Assembly (NCBI GenBank): GCA_050916045.1
Contig: CP051526.1
Location: 2,592,001 to 2,656,000, forward strand
Reading direction: 5' to 3'
DNA: 64,000 bases
Origin: Tepidisphaera sp.
Lineage (GTDB): Bacteria; Planctomycetota; Phycisphaerae; Phycisphaerales; UBA1924
Each line of letters begins with the position of its first letter. Position 1 is the first letter of the stretch. The position numbers were made by a program, and so were the translations under genes. Positions 50,037 to 59,799 of this stretch are shown here, in pieces. The notes beneath the pieces were generated by a model. The model did not search any database. It saw only the letters and a program-made list of their open reading frames with translations, and was not told the origin of the DNA.

Positions 50037-50107
50037 GGAGGATTCCCTTACCACGCTCCTTCGGCGAGTGGACGAACAACCGCCGAGGCCACCGAGTAGG
50101 ATTGTGC

Positions 50108-50794
50108 ATGGCTGCCGACCGCACACGTCGCAGAGTCGGGATCGCGCTGCTTGCGATGGGCGTTGCGTTGTCGGCGGGTGCCGTGGTGCATTCAGGCTAC
50201 CACACGCATTGTTCTCTCGAGCGCGGATTGCACGGCCTCAACATCGGGGTGTGCCCGGGGGAAGTGTCGGTGGCGCTCTTCTCTGATCCTGGCCGCCTTA
50301 AGGACGCCCGCAACTCCAAACTGAGCTTTCGCCGCGACACCTTCAAGGCGTCAAGCCGCGAGTGGATGGTTTGGAGGGATGAGTACACCAGACGGAGTTC
50401 TGCCAGCAGCGACATTGGCTACCTTGGATTTGCGACGCCGATCCTTGCGGTCGAGACCTACCTCGATTTCATCGAAACGAGTTGCGGCCTTCGCTTCAAT
50501 GACCCCGGATTGAACTCGATGGCGACTCGCGCGCATCAGATCAAGGTGTACCGGGTTGCGGTGGCCAGTTGGCTTGTCCCGGTTCCTGCGTTACTCCTGG
50601 GTGGGTTTCTCTTCTGGTCGGGGCGTCGGGTTGGCGTGCGTTCTAGGAGCCACGGTTGCACGGCGTGCGGCTATAGCTTGCGGGGGTTGCCCGTCGGGAC
50701 GGAGTGTCCGGAGTGCGGCATGGATGGAGCGGGTCGGTCACGCCACGACGATCACGACGGCGACGATCGCGAGAAGGATGTTGAACGCGATTGA
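50108..50794 (+). CDS. Membrane protein with C-terminal zinc ribbon
   Basis: TM - extracytoplasmic domain - TM - CTACGYSLRGL-x5-CPECG. Confidence 0.72.
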   Translation: MAADRTRRRVGIALLAMGVALSAGAVVHSGYHTHCSLERGLHGLNIGVCPGEVSVALFSDPGRLKDARNSKLSFRRDTFKASSREWMVWRDEYTRRSSASSDIGYLGFATPILAVETYLDFIETSCGLRFNDPGLNSMATRAHQIKVYRVAVASWLVPVPALLLGGFLFWSGRRVGVRSRSHGCTACGYSLRGLPVGTECPECGMDGAGRSRHDDHDGDDREKDVERD

Positions 50795-51142
50795 GGTCAT
50801 TGTCGCGGCGAAGTAGGTGCTTTTGGTCGAGCGATCGGCGAGGAGAAGAACTTCTCCGCCCGAGATCGAGATGACGAGGGAGACAATGAGCAGGATCGGA
50901 AGCTCGACGGTCAGGTGGTAGATCTCGCTCGAACCGGAGGCTTGGAGGAGCTGCGCGAGGCCGACGAGGGGTGGAACTTGTGCGGACGCGATGAGGAGCC
51001 AAGGGGCGATGCCGACGTGTTGGCGCTTTGGGCCCGCCGTGGTGACCTTGAGGCCGCATTCGGGGCAGGCGACATCGCCGTTGCCGTCGAGGGGGAGCGA
51101 CGTCAGGTCGTAGGCGCATTGGGGGCAAAAGCGGGTGGGCAT
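50738..51142 (-). CDS. Membrane protein with N-terminal zinc ribbon
   Basis: CPQCAYDLTSL-x9-CPECG then three hydrophobic segments. Confidence 0.7.
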   Translation of the reverse strand: MPTRFCPQCAYDLTSLPLDGNGDVACPECGLKVTTAGPKRQHVGIAPWLLIASAQVPPLVGLAQLLQASGSSEIYHLTVELPILLIVSLVISISGGEVLLLADRSTKSTYFAATMTSIAFNILLAIVAVVIVVA

Positions 51143-51160
51143 GGGGAGGGGGAGGGGGAA

Positions 51161-51188
51161 ATTTGAGATCTGAAATTTTAGATTTCAA
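51161..51188. repeat. AT-rich heptamer array
   Basis: ATTTGAG ATCTGAA ATTTTAG ATTTCAA. Confidence 0.7.
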
Positions 51189-51221
51189 AGGCGAAGGCGA
51201 AGACAAGAGCAAAGGCGGCGT

Positions 51222-52121
51222 TCACCATTCTCCGGTCAGGATCCGATCGATCGCCATCGCGACGCCGTCTTCGTGGTTCGCAGCGGTGTGGTGTTTGGCG
51301 GCGGCTTTCACTTTGGGGATGGCGTTGCCCATGGCGATGCCGAGGCCGGCGCCTTCGATCATGGTGATGTCGTTGATCTCATCGCCGATGGCGGCGATGC
51401 GGTGGGCTGGGATCCCCCACTGCTTGGAGAGGTGGGAGATGGCGGACCATTTGGTAGCGCCCTTGTCGAAAGCTTCGAGGATGTGGAGGGTTTCGCCGTC
51501 GCGGCTGGTTTTGACGTGGTGGGGAGCGACGACGGCTCCGAACTGGTGGACGACGACGGTGTCGAGGAAGCGGGCACGCATCATCGTTTCGGCGGCGGCC
51601 ATGCGTGAGGAGATGCCGCAGGCGCCGACGCGAACGGTGTGCTCGGGGTGTTCATCTTCATCGAGGGAAGCGACCTCGCGGACGCGGACGGACATGGAGG
51701 TGAACCACCACTGGGTGACGGGGTCAAGCGGGACGTTGCGCGGACCGCGGACGACGAGGTAGTCGTAGCCGGCGGCGACGGGGTCCTTGAGGACGAGCGC
51801 GGCGTGGTCCATCTCGAGCATGATCGCGACGGCGTGGTGGACGATGTCGCGCGACATGGAGAAGCGGTGGAGCGTCGCGGAGGTCTCAGGGCAGGCGATA
51901 ATCGCGCCGCCGGCGACGACGACGGGGTCCTTCTGGTCGACCATCGCGGTGACGTGCTTGCATTCGGCGAGGCCGCGGCCGGTGCAGATGACGGTGCGCA
52001 TCCCCGCGGCGCGGGCGCGGCGGAGAGCGTCCCTGTTCCGCTCGGAGACGCCGCCGACACCGCCGCCATGACCCAGCAGGGTGCCGTCGAGGTCGATCGC
52101 GAGGAGGTCGTAGCGGGGCAT
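51222..52121 (-). CDS. Cof-type HAD-IIB hydrolase
   Basis: DLDGTLL, CTGR, K, GDEINDITM, AMGNA. Confidence 0.92.
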   Translation of the reverse strand: MPRYDLLAIDLDGTLLGHGGGVGGVSERNRDALRRARAAGMRTVICTGRGLAECKHVTAMVDQKDPVVVAGGAIIACPETSATLHRFSMSRDIVHHAVAIMLEMDHAALVLKDPVAAGYDYLVVRGPRNVPLDPVTQWWFTSMSVRVREVASLDEDEHPEHTVRVGACGISSRMAAAETMMRARFLDTVVVHQFGAVVAPHHVKTSRDGETLHILEAFDKGATKWSAISHLSKQWGIPAHRIAAIGDEINDITMIEGAGLGIAMGNAIPKVKAAAKHHTAANHEDGVAMAIDRILTGEW

Positions 52122-52179
52122 GGGCGAAATGTAGGGAATGCGGGGGTGGTTTGAAGGGTTGGTTGTCGGTGACTTGAGA

Positions 52180-52270
52180 TGTGTCGCCCCGTTGGGGCTT
52201 GGTGAAACGTGACGGCAGCGACCCAGGCCTGACGGCCTGGGCTTTCTTCTGACGCCCCTTTGGGGCGAGA
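52180..52270. repeat. REP-like triple-hairpin element
   Basis: GCCCCGTTGGGGC, CCCAGGCCTGACGGCCTGGG, CGCCCCTTTGGGGCG. Confidence 0.65.
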
Positions 52271-52313
52271 ATGCAGCGGGACATGCTGCGCTCATGCCGT
52301 CGTGAACGACGAT

Positions 52314-52390
52314 CGAAGACCCCTCACGGCCCTCCGCAAAGCCTTCGGGCACCTCTCCCCGTTCTCAGAGCAGAACGGGGAGAGGGAGGG
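52314..52390. repeat. REP-like palindromic element, copy 3 (opposite orientation)
   Basis: CGAAGACCCCTCA...TTCGGGCACCTCTCCCCGTTCT-CAGAGC-AGAACGGGGAGAGG. Confidence 0.7.
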
Positions 52391-52394
52391 CTGT

Positions 52395-54644
52395 TTACTT
52401 CGACGCGTTGGCCTGTCGGACGCCGCCGCCGTAGCTCTGGGCTTCGAGGAGGACGAGGGCGGCTTCGAGCTGGAGGTCGAGGTTCTTGGCGAGCAGGTCG
52501 TTGGGGTCGACGGGCTTGGAGCCGGGCTCGGGGAGGACGTCGGCGTTCTTGCGGAGGGTGATGGAGTCGCCGATCTGCTTGGGGAGCATCTCGACCTCGA
52601 GGTTGGGATCAACACCCCAGATGTCCGCGCCGGGGCGGCGGTGGATGATGCGCATGTCGGGGAGGAGGTAGTACTGGGAGGTGAGCTTGAGGCGGGACTT
52701 TCGGCCGGGGAGGTCGTAGACCTGCTGGACGCTTCCCTTGCCGTAGCTTCGCTGTCCGAGGACGACGACGGGGACATCGCCCTTGTTGCCGTAGAACTGG
52801 AGGGCGCCGGCGACGATCTCGCTCGCGGAAGCGGAGCCTCGGTTGACGAGGACGACGGTGGGCATGTCGTCGAGGACGGCGATGTTGGCGCCCTTGCCGG
52901 CGATCTCGGCGGGTTCGCCGGGGCCCTGGGTCAGGACGATCTGTCCGCTATTGACCCAGGCTTGGGCGACGCGGATGCCCTGGTCGAGGAGGCCGCCGGG
53001 GTTGAAGCGGAGGTCGAGGACGAGGCCCTTGGCGCCCTGCTTCTTGGCTTCGGTCGCGGCTTGCGCGACTTCCTTGCCGGTGAAGTCGGTGAAGCCGGAG
53101 ACGCGGATGTAGGCGATTTTGGCGGCGGAATCGACGAAGAAGTCCCAGTCGGTTTCCTTCTCGCCGGTCCGCTTCCAGCCCTTGACGGAGGGGACTTCGA
53201 TGCGGGCACGCTTGAGGGCGAATTCTTTCTCGACCTTGAGGGGATCGCCGCCGCCCTCGGGGGCGATCTTGCGCTCGACGGTCACGTTGACGGGGGTGCC
53301 GGCTTTGCCGGTGATGAGATCGACGACGCCGTCGATGGGGAGGCCGTAGACGGACTTGCCGTCGACCTTGCTGATGACGTCGTCGGCTTTGATGCCGGCT
53401 TTGTGGGCGGGGGTGCCTTCGAGGGGGCTTACGACGCGGACGTTGGAGGCTTCGTCGAACTCGATGTGGACGCCGACGCCGGCGAAGCTGCCGGCGATCA
53501 TCTTGTTGAAGCGGGAGACTTCGTGGGGCCAGACGATGGCGCTGAACTCGTCGAGGGAGCCCATGCCGCCGTTGCCGAACTCGTAGAGCATCGCGGCGGT
53601 CGGGATCTTGACGCTGGACTGGTTGGCGTTGCCGAGACGGCGGATGACACGGTCGAGGTCGGCGGCGCCGACATCCTTGTCGGCTTCGATCTTGGCTTGT
53701 TCTTCGTCAAGCACGGTGAGCATGGCTTGGCGGTCGATCTCGGCGCCAAGGCCGGGGAAGATCTCGCGAAGGTCGCTGGTGGTGAGGAGCGTGCGGACGC
53801 CGTCGATGCCTCCGAGAATGACGCGCTTCCAGTCGGCGAGGTCGACGTGGGCTTCGGCCGAGCGTGTGAGCGCGGCGCGGACGACTTCCTCGGTCACACC
53901 GACGAGCTTCTCCTTGAAGTCATCGCCGAGGGCGTTGTAGGGCGGGAGCGGCTTGCCGTCGGACGCCAGACGGCGCTCGTTCTGAAGCTCCCAGAGGCGC
54001 TTGGGGGAGTACATGCGGAGCATGTTGAGGCGGTGGCCGACGCGTTCGGCGGCGTCCTTGTAGAACTGGCCCTTGGGGGTTTCCTCGAGCATGAGGTGCA
54101 AGCGGAGCATGAGCTCGCTGGCGGTCAGCCACTTGCCTTCGCGTTCGGCGTCCTGAGCGGCGGCGTCGGCTTTGGTGATGAGGTCGGCGACGAGGGGCTC
54201 TTTGAGGACGGCGGCTTTGTCGGAGACGAGGTCGGTGAGCTCCATCGCGGAGATGAGGGCTTTGGAGAGGGAAGCGACGCCCTTGTCCTCGGCGAGTGCT
54301 TTGGTCATCTCCTGACGGACTTCGTCGGCGCGGCGGGCGCGTTCGGATTCGCGCCAGGCGTAGTGCTCGCGAAGGCGAGCGACGGAGTCGGCGAGGGGGG
54401 CGTTGGCGGTGGCGACATCGGCGGGGAGGGAAGCGAGGAGCTTCTCGAAGGCGAGCTTGTCGCCGGCTTTGGCGGCGGCCCAGAGACTCGCGGCCCAGTC
54501 GTTCATCGACTTGGTGGGTGCGGCGACGGCGACCTGAGACGCGGGCTGTCCGGCGGCTTGGGCGAGCGCGGCAGGGGAAACCAGGACGGACGAAGCGAGA
54601 GCGAGAAGAGATCCGACCCAGAACGAAGATTTGGATGAACGCAC
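52395..54644 (-). CDS. S41 carboxyl-terminal protease (PDZ + peptidase S41)
   Basis: GVGV PDZ, LDLRFNPGGLL, SASASEIVAGAL, GKGSVQ; GTG start after GGAGG. Confidence 0.92.
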   Translation of the reverse strand: MRSSKSSFWVGSLLALASSVLVSPAALAQAAGQPASQVAVAAPTKSMNDWAASLWAAAKAGDKLAFEKLLASLPADVATANAPLADSVARLREHYAWRESERARRADEVRQEMTKALAEDKGVASLSKALISAMELTDLVSDKAAVLKEPLVADLITKADAAAQDAEREGKWLTASELMLRLHLMLEETPKGQFYKDAAERVGHRLNMLRMYSPKRLWELQNERRLASDGKPLPPYNALGDDFKEKLVGVTEEVVRAALTRSAEAHVDLADWKRVILGGIDGVRTLLTTSDLREIFPGLGAEIDRQAMLTVLDEEQAKIEADKDVGAADLDRVIRRLGNANQSSVKIPTAAMLYEFGNGGMGSLDEFSAIVWPHEVSRFNKMIAGSFAGVGVHIEFDEASNVRVVSPLEGTPAHKAGIKADDVISKVDGKSVYGLPIDGVVDLITGKAGTPVNVTVERKIAPEGGGDPLKVEKEFALKRARIEVPSVKGWKRTGEKETDWDFFVDSAAKIAYIRVSGFTDFTGKEVAQAATEAKKQGAKGLVLDLRFNPGGLLDQGIRVAQAWVNSGQIVLTQGPGEPAEIAGKGANIAVLDDMPTVVLVNRGSASASEIVAGALQFYGNKGDVPVVVLGQRSYGKGSVQQVYDLPGRKSRLKLTSQYYLLPDMRIIHRRPGADIWGVDPNLEVEMLPKQIGDSITLRKNADVLPEPGSKPVDPNDLLAKNLDLQLEAALVLLEAQSYGGGVRQANASK

Positions 54645-54926
54645 GCCGAGATCCTCCGAAAGTTCCGACAGAAGTCCGCGGAAACTCCGCATCGCGGAAC
54701 GGCACGATCCAGGGCCGCTCCGCGCACCACAACTCCGGACGCCGCGAGATCGATCGGTCCCGCGTGCGGCGCGGACCAGCCGCTTCCGGCAATTTCCGCG
54801 CGAACGCATGCTATCGGGCCCGCCCGATCGACGCACGTCCGAACAGTTGTACCGAGAATCGCCCCGACGGGTTCGCGGCCTGGGTGGAAGCCCGAACCGG
54901 GGGCTGTGGTTCGGCGGCGGGCGGCT

Positions 54927-56222
54927 TTACGGCTGCTTGGCGAGGTGGCGGACCTTCTGGATGACGAACAGGGTCCAGATGAGGGCGAGGGCACCGACCA
55001 TGCCGAAGAGGATGGGGCCGATCTGGGGCTCTTCGGTCGCTGGGGCACCGGCGGCGAGGGCGGGGGTGAACAGCGTGGCGAGCATGCCGCAACCGGGGCC
55101 GATGGTGTAGCCGATGCCGACGAGGGTCTCGTGGGTCCCGCCGGCGTCGACATCGCTCTTGTGGACTTCCATCGCGTAGTAGATCGCGCCGGAATAGATG
55201 GTGGCAGCGCCGATGCCGAAGATGGCCAGGCCGAGGATCATGATGGGGAGGACGGGGGCGGAGGCGCCCCAGAGCGGGCTTGTCACGGCGATGCCGAAGC
55301 CGGCGACGACCATGAGGCCCCCCACCACGATCGCGGACCACTTGCCGTGCCAGCCGGCCCAGTAGCCAAGGATGCCGAAAGCCAGGACGCGCGGGAGGAC
55401 CCAGGCGAGGCCGTAGATCGGCTGCATCTCGGGCTCGATGCCCTGCGAGCGGAACATCGTCGCGAGCATCGGCGTGAGGCTGGTGAGGACGGTGTAGACC
55501 ATCGGCATGAGCAAGCGGAAAGCGATGAGGAGGCGTTCGTAGACGGGCGGGTGCGGCTCGTGGTCGTCGATATGCGGGACGGGCTCGCGGGTATGCCAGC
55601 GGAGGAGGGCGAGGCAGGAGAGATGGATGATGCCCATGAGGGCGATGGCTTCGGTCGGGTGCTTGCCGACCATGGGAGCCGAGATGAGCGCGGCGGGAAT
55701 GGCGGCGGAAGACCAGGCGACGTTCCAGAAGCCCATGGTGCGTCGGAGTTCGCCGCCGCGGCGGCCGCCGGCGATGTAGCTTTCGACGACGGGCCAGAGG
55801 AGGCCGGTGAGGGAGCTGTAGGTGAGGACGGTGGCCCAGATGCCCAGGAGCTCGACGCCCTTGCGGGAGGAGGCTTCGATGGGGAGGCGAGAGATGACAA
55901 GGGGGATGATGCAGAGGGCGGCGAGCAGGAACATGAGGGTGGCGAGGACGCCGCGGGAAGAGAGCTTGCAGCGGTGGCGGAGCCAGTTCAGGACCGGCTG
56001 GGTCATGTACGCCATCGCGACGTAGGTGATGCCCATCCAGAGGGCGAGGTGGAAGTTCTGCGTGCGGGTAAAGCCGAACCCGGGTCCGGAGGTGATGTAG
56101 AAGATGCCGTTGGTGACCAGAGCGGTCCCGACGGAGTTGAGGAAGGTGAAGAGGTGGACCGTCCACGCCGGCGTCGGGAGGGAGCTTGGGAGGGCGGCGG
56201 CGATCGGGTGAGGAGTTGCCAT
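54927..56222 (-). CDS. MFS-type transporter
   Basis: About 12 hydrophobic helices in 6+6 arrangement. Confidence 0.75.
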   Translation of the reverse strand: MATPHPIAAALPSSLPTPAWTVHLFTFLNSVGTALVTNGIFYITSGPGFGFTRTQNFHLALWMGITYVAMAYMTQPVLNWLRHRCKLSSRGVLATLMFLLAALCIIPLVISRLPIEASSRKGVELLGIWATVLTYSSLTGLLWPVVESYIAGGRRGGELRRTMGFWNVAWSSAAIPAALISAPMVGKHPTEAIALMGIIHLSCLALLRWHTREPVPHIDDHEPHPPVYERLLIAFRLLMPMVYTVLTSLTPMLATMFRSQGIEPEMQPIYGLAWVLPRVLAFGILGYWAGWHGKWSAIVVGGLMVVAGFGIAVTSPLWGASAPVLPIMILGLAIFGIGAATIYSGAIYYAMEVHKSDVDAGGTHETLVGIGYTIGPGCGMLATLFTPALAAGAPATEEPQIGPILFGMVGALALIWTLFVIQKVRHLAKQP

Positions 56223-56263
56223 AGGGGCGGGCCGATCGTAGCATGGGGGGCTGGAACAACCGG

Positions 56264-56337
56264 GTGCCCGTAGCTCAATTGGATAGAGCGCTGCCCTCCG
56301 AAGGCAGAGGTTGCAGGTTCGACTCCTGCCGGGCACG
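56264..56337 (+). tRNA. tRNA-Arg (anticodon CCG), CCA not encoded
   Basis: Acceptor GTGCCCG/CGGGCAC, D arm GCTC/GAGC, anticodon arm CTGCC-CTCCGAA-GGCAG, T loop GTTCGAC. Confidence 0.97.
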
Positions 56338-56403
56338 TTTGAGGGGTGGTGTGCGGACGCCGAGGTCCTCGAAGCCTCGGATGACTTCTTTGTGCTTGGG
56401 CGC

Positions 56404-56615
56404 GGTGCCACGACCTGCCGCTTCGGCTGGTCGTGGATGGGTCAACTGCTTCGCAGTCTCGTCCCTCGCGCCTCGGGTTCACGCTTGCGGTGCGCTGCAC
56501 GGCCGTTTGGGTGGTGGGCGCGGGGCCATCGCTCGAGAATACCGCGGCGACGGACGACGAGTCGATCAGGTTCGAAGTCCATCCACGACCAGCCGAAGCG
56601 GCAGGTCGTGGCACC
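56404..56615. repeat. REP doublet: perfect 37-bp inverted repeat around a 138-bp spacer
   Basis: GGTGCCACGACCTGCCGCTTCGGCTGGTCGTGGATGG (56404-56440) and exact reverse complement (56579-56615). Confidence 0.9.
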
Positions 56616-56746
56616 CCTGCCTTCGGTTATACTGGGTTGAATGCTGCCGAAGGGGACCCACCCAATCCGAGAGGAGAGGCACAGTCGTGCCACCCGCCGC
56701 AGGTCACTGAAGCATATTGGAATCAAAGTAAAGGAATTCGCTTGCC

Positions 56747-57427
56747 ATGATTGCGATAACGCACGGTCGTGAACCATGCTCAAGTGATCACCTTCCTCCC
56801 GGTGACCTGATCGTGGACCGATTTTCTTCCCGCACTATGCTGATAAACTTGATGCTGTCAAGCATTGGCCCAAGCGCACTCGACGAGTTCACGCTTTACG
56901 CCGATGGTCGCAGGCGGGGAATGAGCGACTCAGGCACCTCTGGCGGCAGCTTCTTGAATGTTTACCAATCGTCGGAGGGCGTGCTGTTTTATGGCGGCGT
57001 GAAGCGGAAGCTTAACGGTGCCAAGTCTGTAGAGGCAGAGAAAGCGATGCATGCGGCACTCCGTGAACTACCTCCCTCCTTGAATAGCATTGTTCGCAAA
57101 CGCAATCCAAAGTCGCTCGGCGTCACGTTTGGAGCCTACTGGTGTGCTTCCACACGAAACTGGCGGGACCTCACGGGCTACGATCCGGAACTAGTCCACG
57201 CCAAGTCCATTCCGGAAGCAAGCCGATTGTACGCCGAGATCGACTCTTCATGGGCCCGAAAGGTCAGTCGGCAGTTGGAGATTCCTGATGCTGCCGATAC
57301 AGTTCTTAACATATTTAGCCGACGACCATTGACTGCGGAAATGTGCCGACAAGTCATGAAACCCTTTGTGTGGCCAAAGGCAGTTGACATCGCCTCGCTA
57401 TGTGGCTATCCCATAGCTTCGTTGTAA
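56747..57427 (+). CDS. Low-GC orphan hypothetical protein
   Basis: Only long ORF in a visibly AT-richer block; start may be 56837. Confidence 0.6.
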   Translation: MIAITHGREPCSSDHLPPGDLIVDRFSSRTMLINLMLSSIGPSALDEFTLYADGRRRGMSDSGTSGGSFLNVYQSSEGVLFYGGVKRKLNGAKSVEAEKAMHAALRELPPSLNSIVRKRNPKSLGVTFGAYWCASTRNWRDLTGYDPELVHAKSIPEASRLYAEIDSSWARKVSRQLEIPDAADTVLNIFSRRPLTAEMCRQVMKPFVWPKAVDIASLCGYPIASL

Positions 57428-57610
57428 TGTGATTCCCCGAAATGCTCTAGCGTTTAATTGCGGCCATGGCATCGATAAGGCAAAGATCTGCGACGTCGTA
57501 GCGTCTTGTCCACATATTCCGACCGCGAGTTGGCGGCTGATTTCCTGCTCGATTGCCGCGTAGGCGAGCCTTTGCTTCGTCCGCTTTCCGCCAGGTTTGG
57601 CCACATGAAT

Positions 57611-57921
57611 CGGCGGGTGGCACGACCGCCGTCCGGTCTTCCGGGGCCTCGGCGTGACTCCGTTGATTGGCGTGGGCGTGATGGAACAGAGGGCGGGGGT
57701 GCCACGATCCGCCGCTTCGGCGAATCGTGGATGAGCGTCGGTGCAGCATGAAACGTCGAATCCCTCAGCGTGGTATCGTGCAGGCGGGTGGCATGAATTG
57801 GGTTGCCCCAGTGGACGCCGCAAAGAGCGGCCCGGGTGACGCAAATGGCCTAACTGGCGTCTCCTGGTGCTACGGGCGTCCATCCATCACTAGGGTCGAA
57901 GCGACCCAACTGATGGCACCC
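57611..57921. repeat. Second cluster of GGTGCCA/TGGCACC-ended REP-like hairpins
   Basis: CGGCGGGTGGCACGAC (57611), GGTGCCACGATCCGCCGCTTCGGCGAATCGTGGATG (~57698), CCATCACTAGGGTCGAAGCGACCCAACTGATGGCACCC (to 57921). Confidence 0.8.
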
Positions 57922-58048
57922 GGCTGGATCCTTGCTGGATTGGCCTGATTTCATCGGATTCGACCCGGCGGCCGCGCATGGCTAGTATTCACTAACACTG
58001 CGTGCTGCTCAGGCCGAGGGCGTGGCGTTGTGTGAAGGAGTGCGACCG

Positions 58049-58426
58049 ATGAATTCGGTGACTGTGAAGCCTCACTCGCCTGTGGTGCTCGTTGGGTTGC
58101 GGTGGGTTGCGCGGGCGGCGAGTGTGGTGAGCATCGGGCTGCTCGCGGCGTTTGCGTTTGGGGGCGGGGAGCCGGGGTTGCCGACGGCGAAGGAGTGGGT
58201 CGCGCTGGCGTTCTTTCCGGTCGGGGTGGTGGCGGGGATGGTGCTAGCGTGGTGGAAGGAAGTGCCCGGCGGGCTGGTGACGGCGGCGAGCTTGGCGGCG
58301 TTTTACGGGGTGATGTATGCTGAGCGGGGCGCGGTGCCGGGCGGGCCGTTCTTTGTGCTGTTCTCGCTGCCGGGGCTGGTGCTGCTGGTGTGCGGGTTGC
58401 TTGATCGGCGTGCTCGGACCGCGTGA
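58049..58426 (+). CDS. Small four-TM membrane protein
   Basis: AAGGAG RBS; LAWWKE..GG motif; hydrophobic helices. Confidence 0.72.
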   Translation: MNSVTVKPHSPVVLVGLRWVARAASVVSIGLLAAFAFGGGEPGLPTAKEWVALAFFPVGVVAGMVLAWWKEVPGGLVTAASLAAFYGVMYAERGAVPGGPFFVLFSLPGLVLLVCGLLDRRARTA

Positions 58427-58488
58427 GAATCGGACATCGGTGCGCGGAAATCGGTGGACGGGCCCTCGCGTGGCGTCACAATGCGTGC

Positions 58489-59613
58489 ATGCGGAGCGAT
58501 GCTCGGACAACTGGCACGGAAGGCCTGCCGTGGTCGGCGGCTCGGATGTACCGGGCGCTGGTCGAGCGGGATGACGCGTTTGACGGGAAGCTTTTCTTCG
58601 GCGTGAAGTCGACGGGGATCTTCTGCCGGCCGACGTGCGCGGCTCGCAAGCCGCTGGTCGAGAACGTCGAGTTTTTCGCTACGGCTCACCAGGCGATGTT
58701 CGCGGGGTATCGGTCGTGCAAGCGGTGTCGGCCGATGGAGGACGTCGCGGCGGCGCGGTCGGCACCGGCTTGGGCCATTGCGCTCAAGCGGGAAGCGGAC
58801 GACAACCCTGGCGTGAAGCTTCGCGATGCGGATCTGCGGGCGCGGGGCTTGGATCCGTCGACGGTGCGGCGGGTGTTTCAGTCGCACTACGGCAGCACGT
58901 TTCAGCAGTATGCGCGGGCGCGGCGGATGGGGCTTGCGCTCGCGGCGGTGCGGGCGGGCAAGCCGCTTGGAGTGGTGAAGATGACATCGGGACATGAGTC
59001 GGATTCTGGGATTCGTGAAGCGTTCGCGAGGCTTTTCGGCGAGACGCCGGCGAAGGGTGTGGATGCCCGGGTGCTGATGTCGCGGTGGATCGAGACGCCG
59101 CTTGGAGCGATGCTGGCGGTGGCGGATGATGCGGGGCTCCGCGTGCTTGATTTTGTCGACCGTCGCGGCTTGGAGCGGCAGATCAAGCGGATGCGGGCGA
59201 AGCTTGGGTGCGTGATCGTGCCGGGGGCGCACCGGTATCTTGACGCGATCGAGCGCGAGCTTGCGAAGTACTTCGCCGGCGAGTCGTGGCTCGGCCAGCG
59301 CGGCTCATCGCTGAGCGTGCCGCTTGCGGCCGAAGGCACGCCGTTCCAGCGCGAGGTGTGGGCGGAGCTTCAGCGGATCCCGCTCGGCGAGACGCGGTCG
59401 TACGGCAAGCAAGCGGCTTCGATCGGCAAGCCCGAGGCGGTGCGGGCGGTGGCCCGGGCGAACGGGGAGAACTTTCTGAGTCTGGTGATCCCCTGCCATC
59501 GCGTGATCGGCGCGAGCGGGGACATGACGGGGTACGGCGGGGGGATCTGGCGGAAGCGGTGGCTTTTGGATCATGAGATGAAGATGGCGGGGAAGGTGCT
59601 GGCGGGGGTGTGA
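58489..59613 (+). CDS. ada: Ada-type regulator / O6-methylguanine-DNA methyltransferase
   Basis: GIFCRPTC..GYRSCKRC Zn domain, AraC-like HTH, IPCHRV active site. Confidence 0.93.
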   Translation: MRSDARTTGTEGLPWSAARMYRALVERDDAFDGKLFFGVKSTGIFCRPTCAARKPLVENVEFFATAHQAMFAGYRSCKRCRPMEDVAAARSAPAWAIALKREADDNPGVKLRDADLRARGLDPSTVRRVFQSHYGSTFQQYARARRMGLALAAVRAGKPLGVVKMTSGHESDSGIREAFARLFGETPAKGVDARVLMSRWIETPLGAMLAVADDAGLRVLDFVDRRGLERQIKRMRAKLGCVIVPGAHRYLDAIERELAKYFAGESWLGQRGSSLSVPLAAEGTPFQREVWAELQRIPLGETRSYGKQAASIGKPEAVRAVARANGENFLSLVIPCHRVIGASGDMTGYGGGIWRKRWLLDHEMKMAGKVLAGV

Positions 59614-59799
59614 AGTTCGGAGCGATCGAGGCGTTCTCGCGGAAAGAAGCTGAGCGACCGACGGCCCCGACATCCACCACGCCGCGAGCGATGTGTGACG
59701 TCGCACGCGGCCTCCGGCGTGATGAGCGTCTGTCGTTTCGCTCGAAGGCTGTTGGATGCCGGACCAGGCGTTCCAATCATGCTTTCAGGGAGATTCACG

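Noticed and set aside
56404..57921. Integron attC cassette array
   Set aside because: No integron integrase, only one cargo gene, and the hairpins lack clear RYYYAAC/GTTRRRY ends
56264..58000. Classical tRNA-integrated prophage or genomic island
   Set aside because: No integrase, phage genes or duplicated tRNA 3' end (att site) visible
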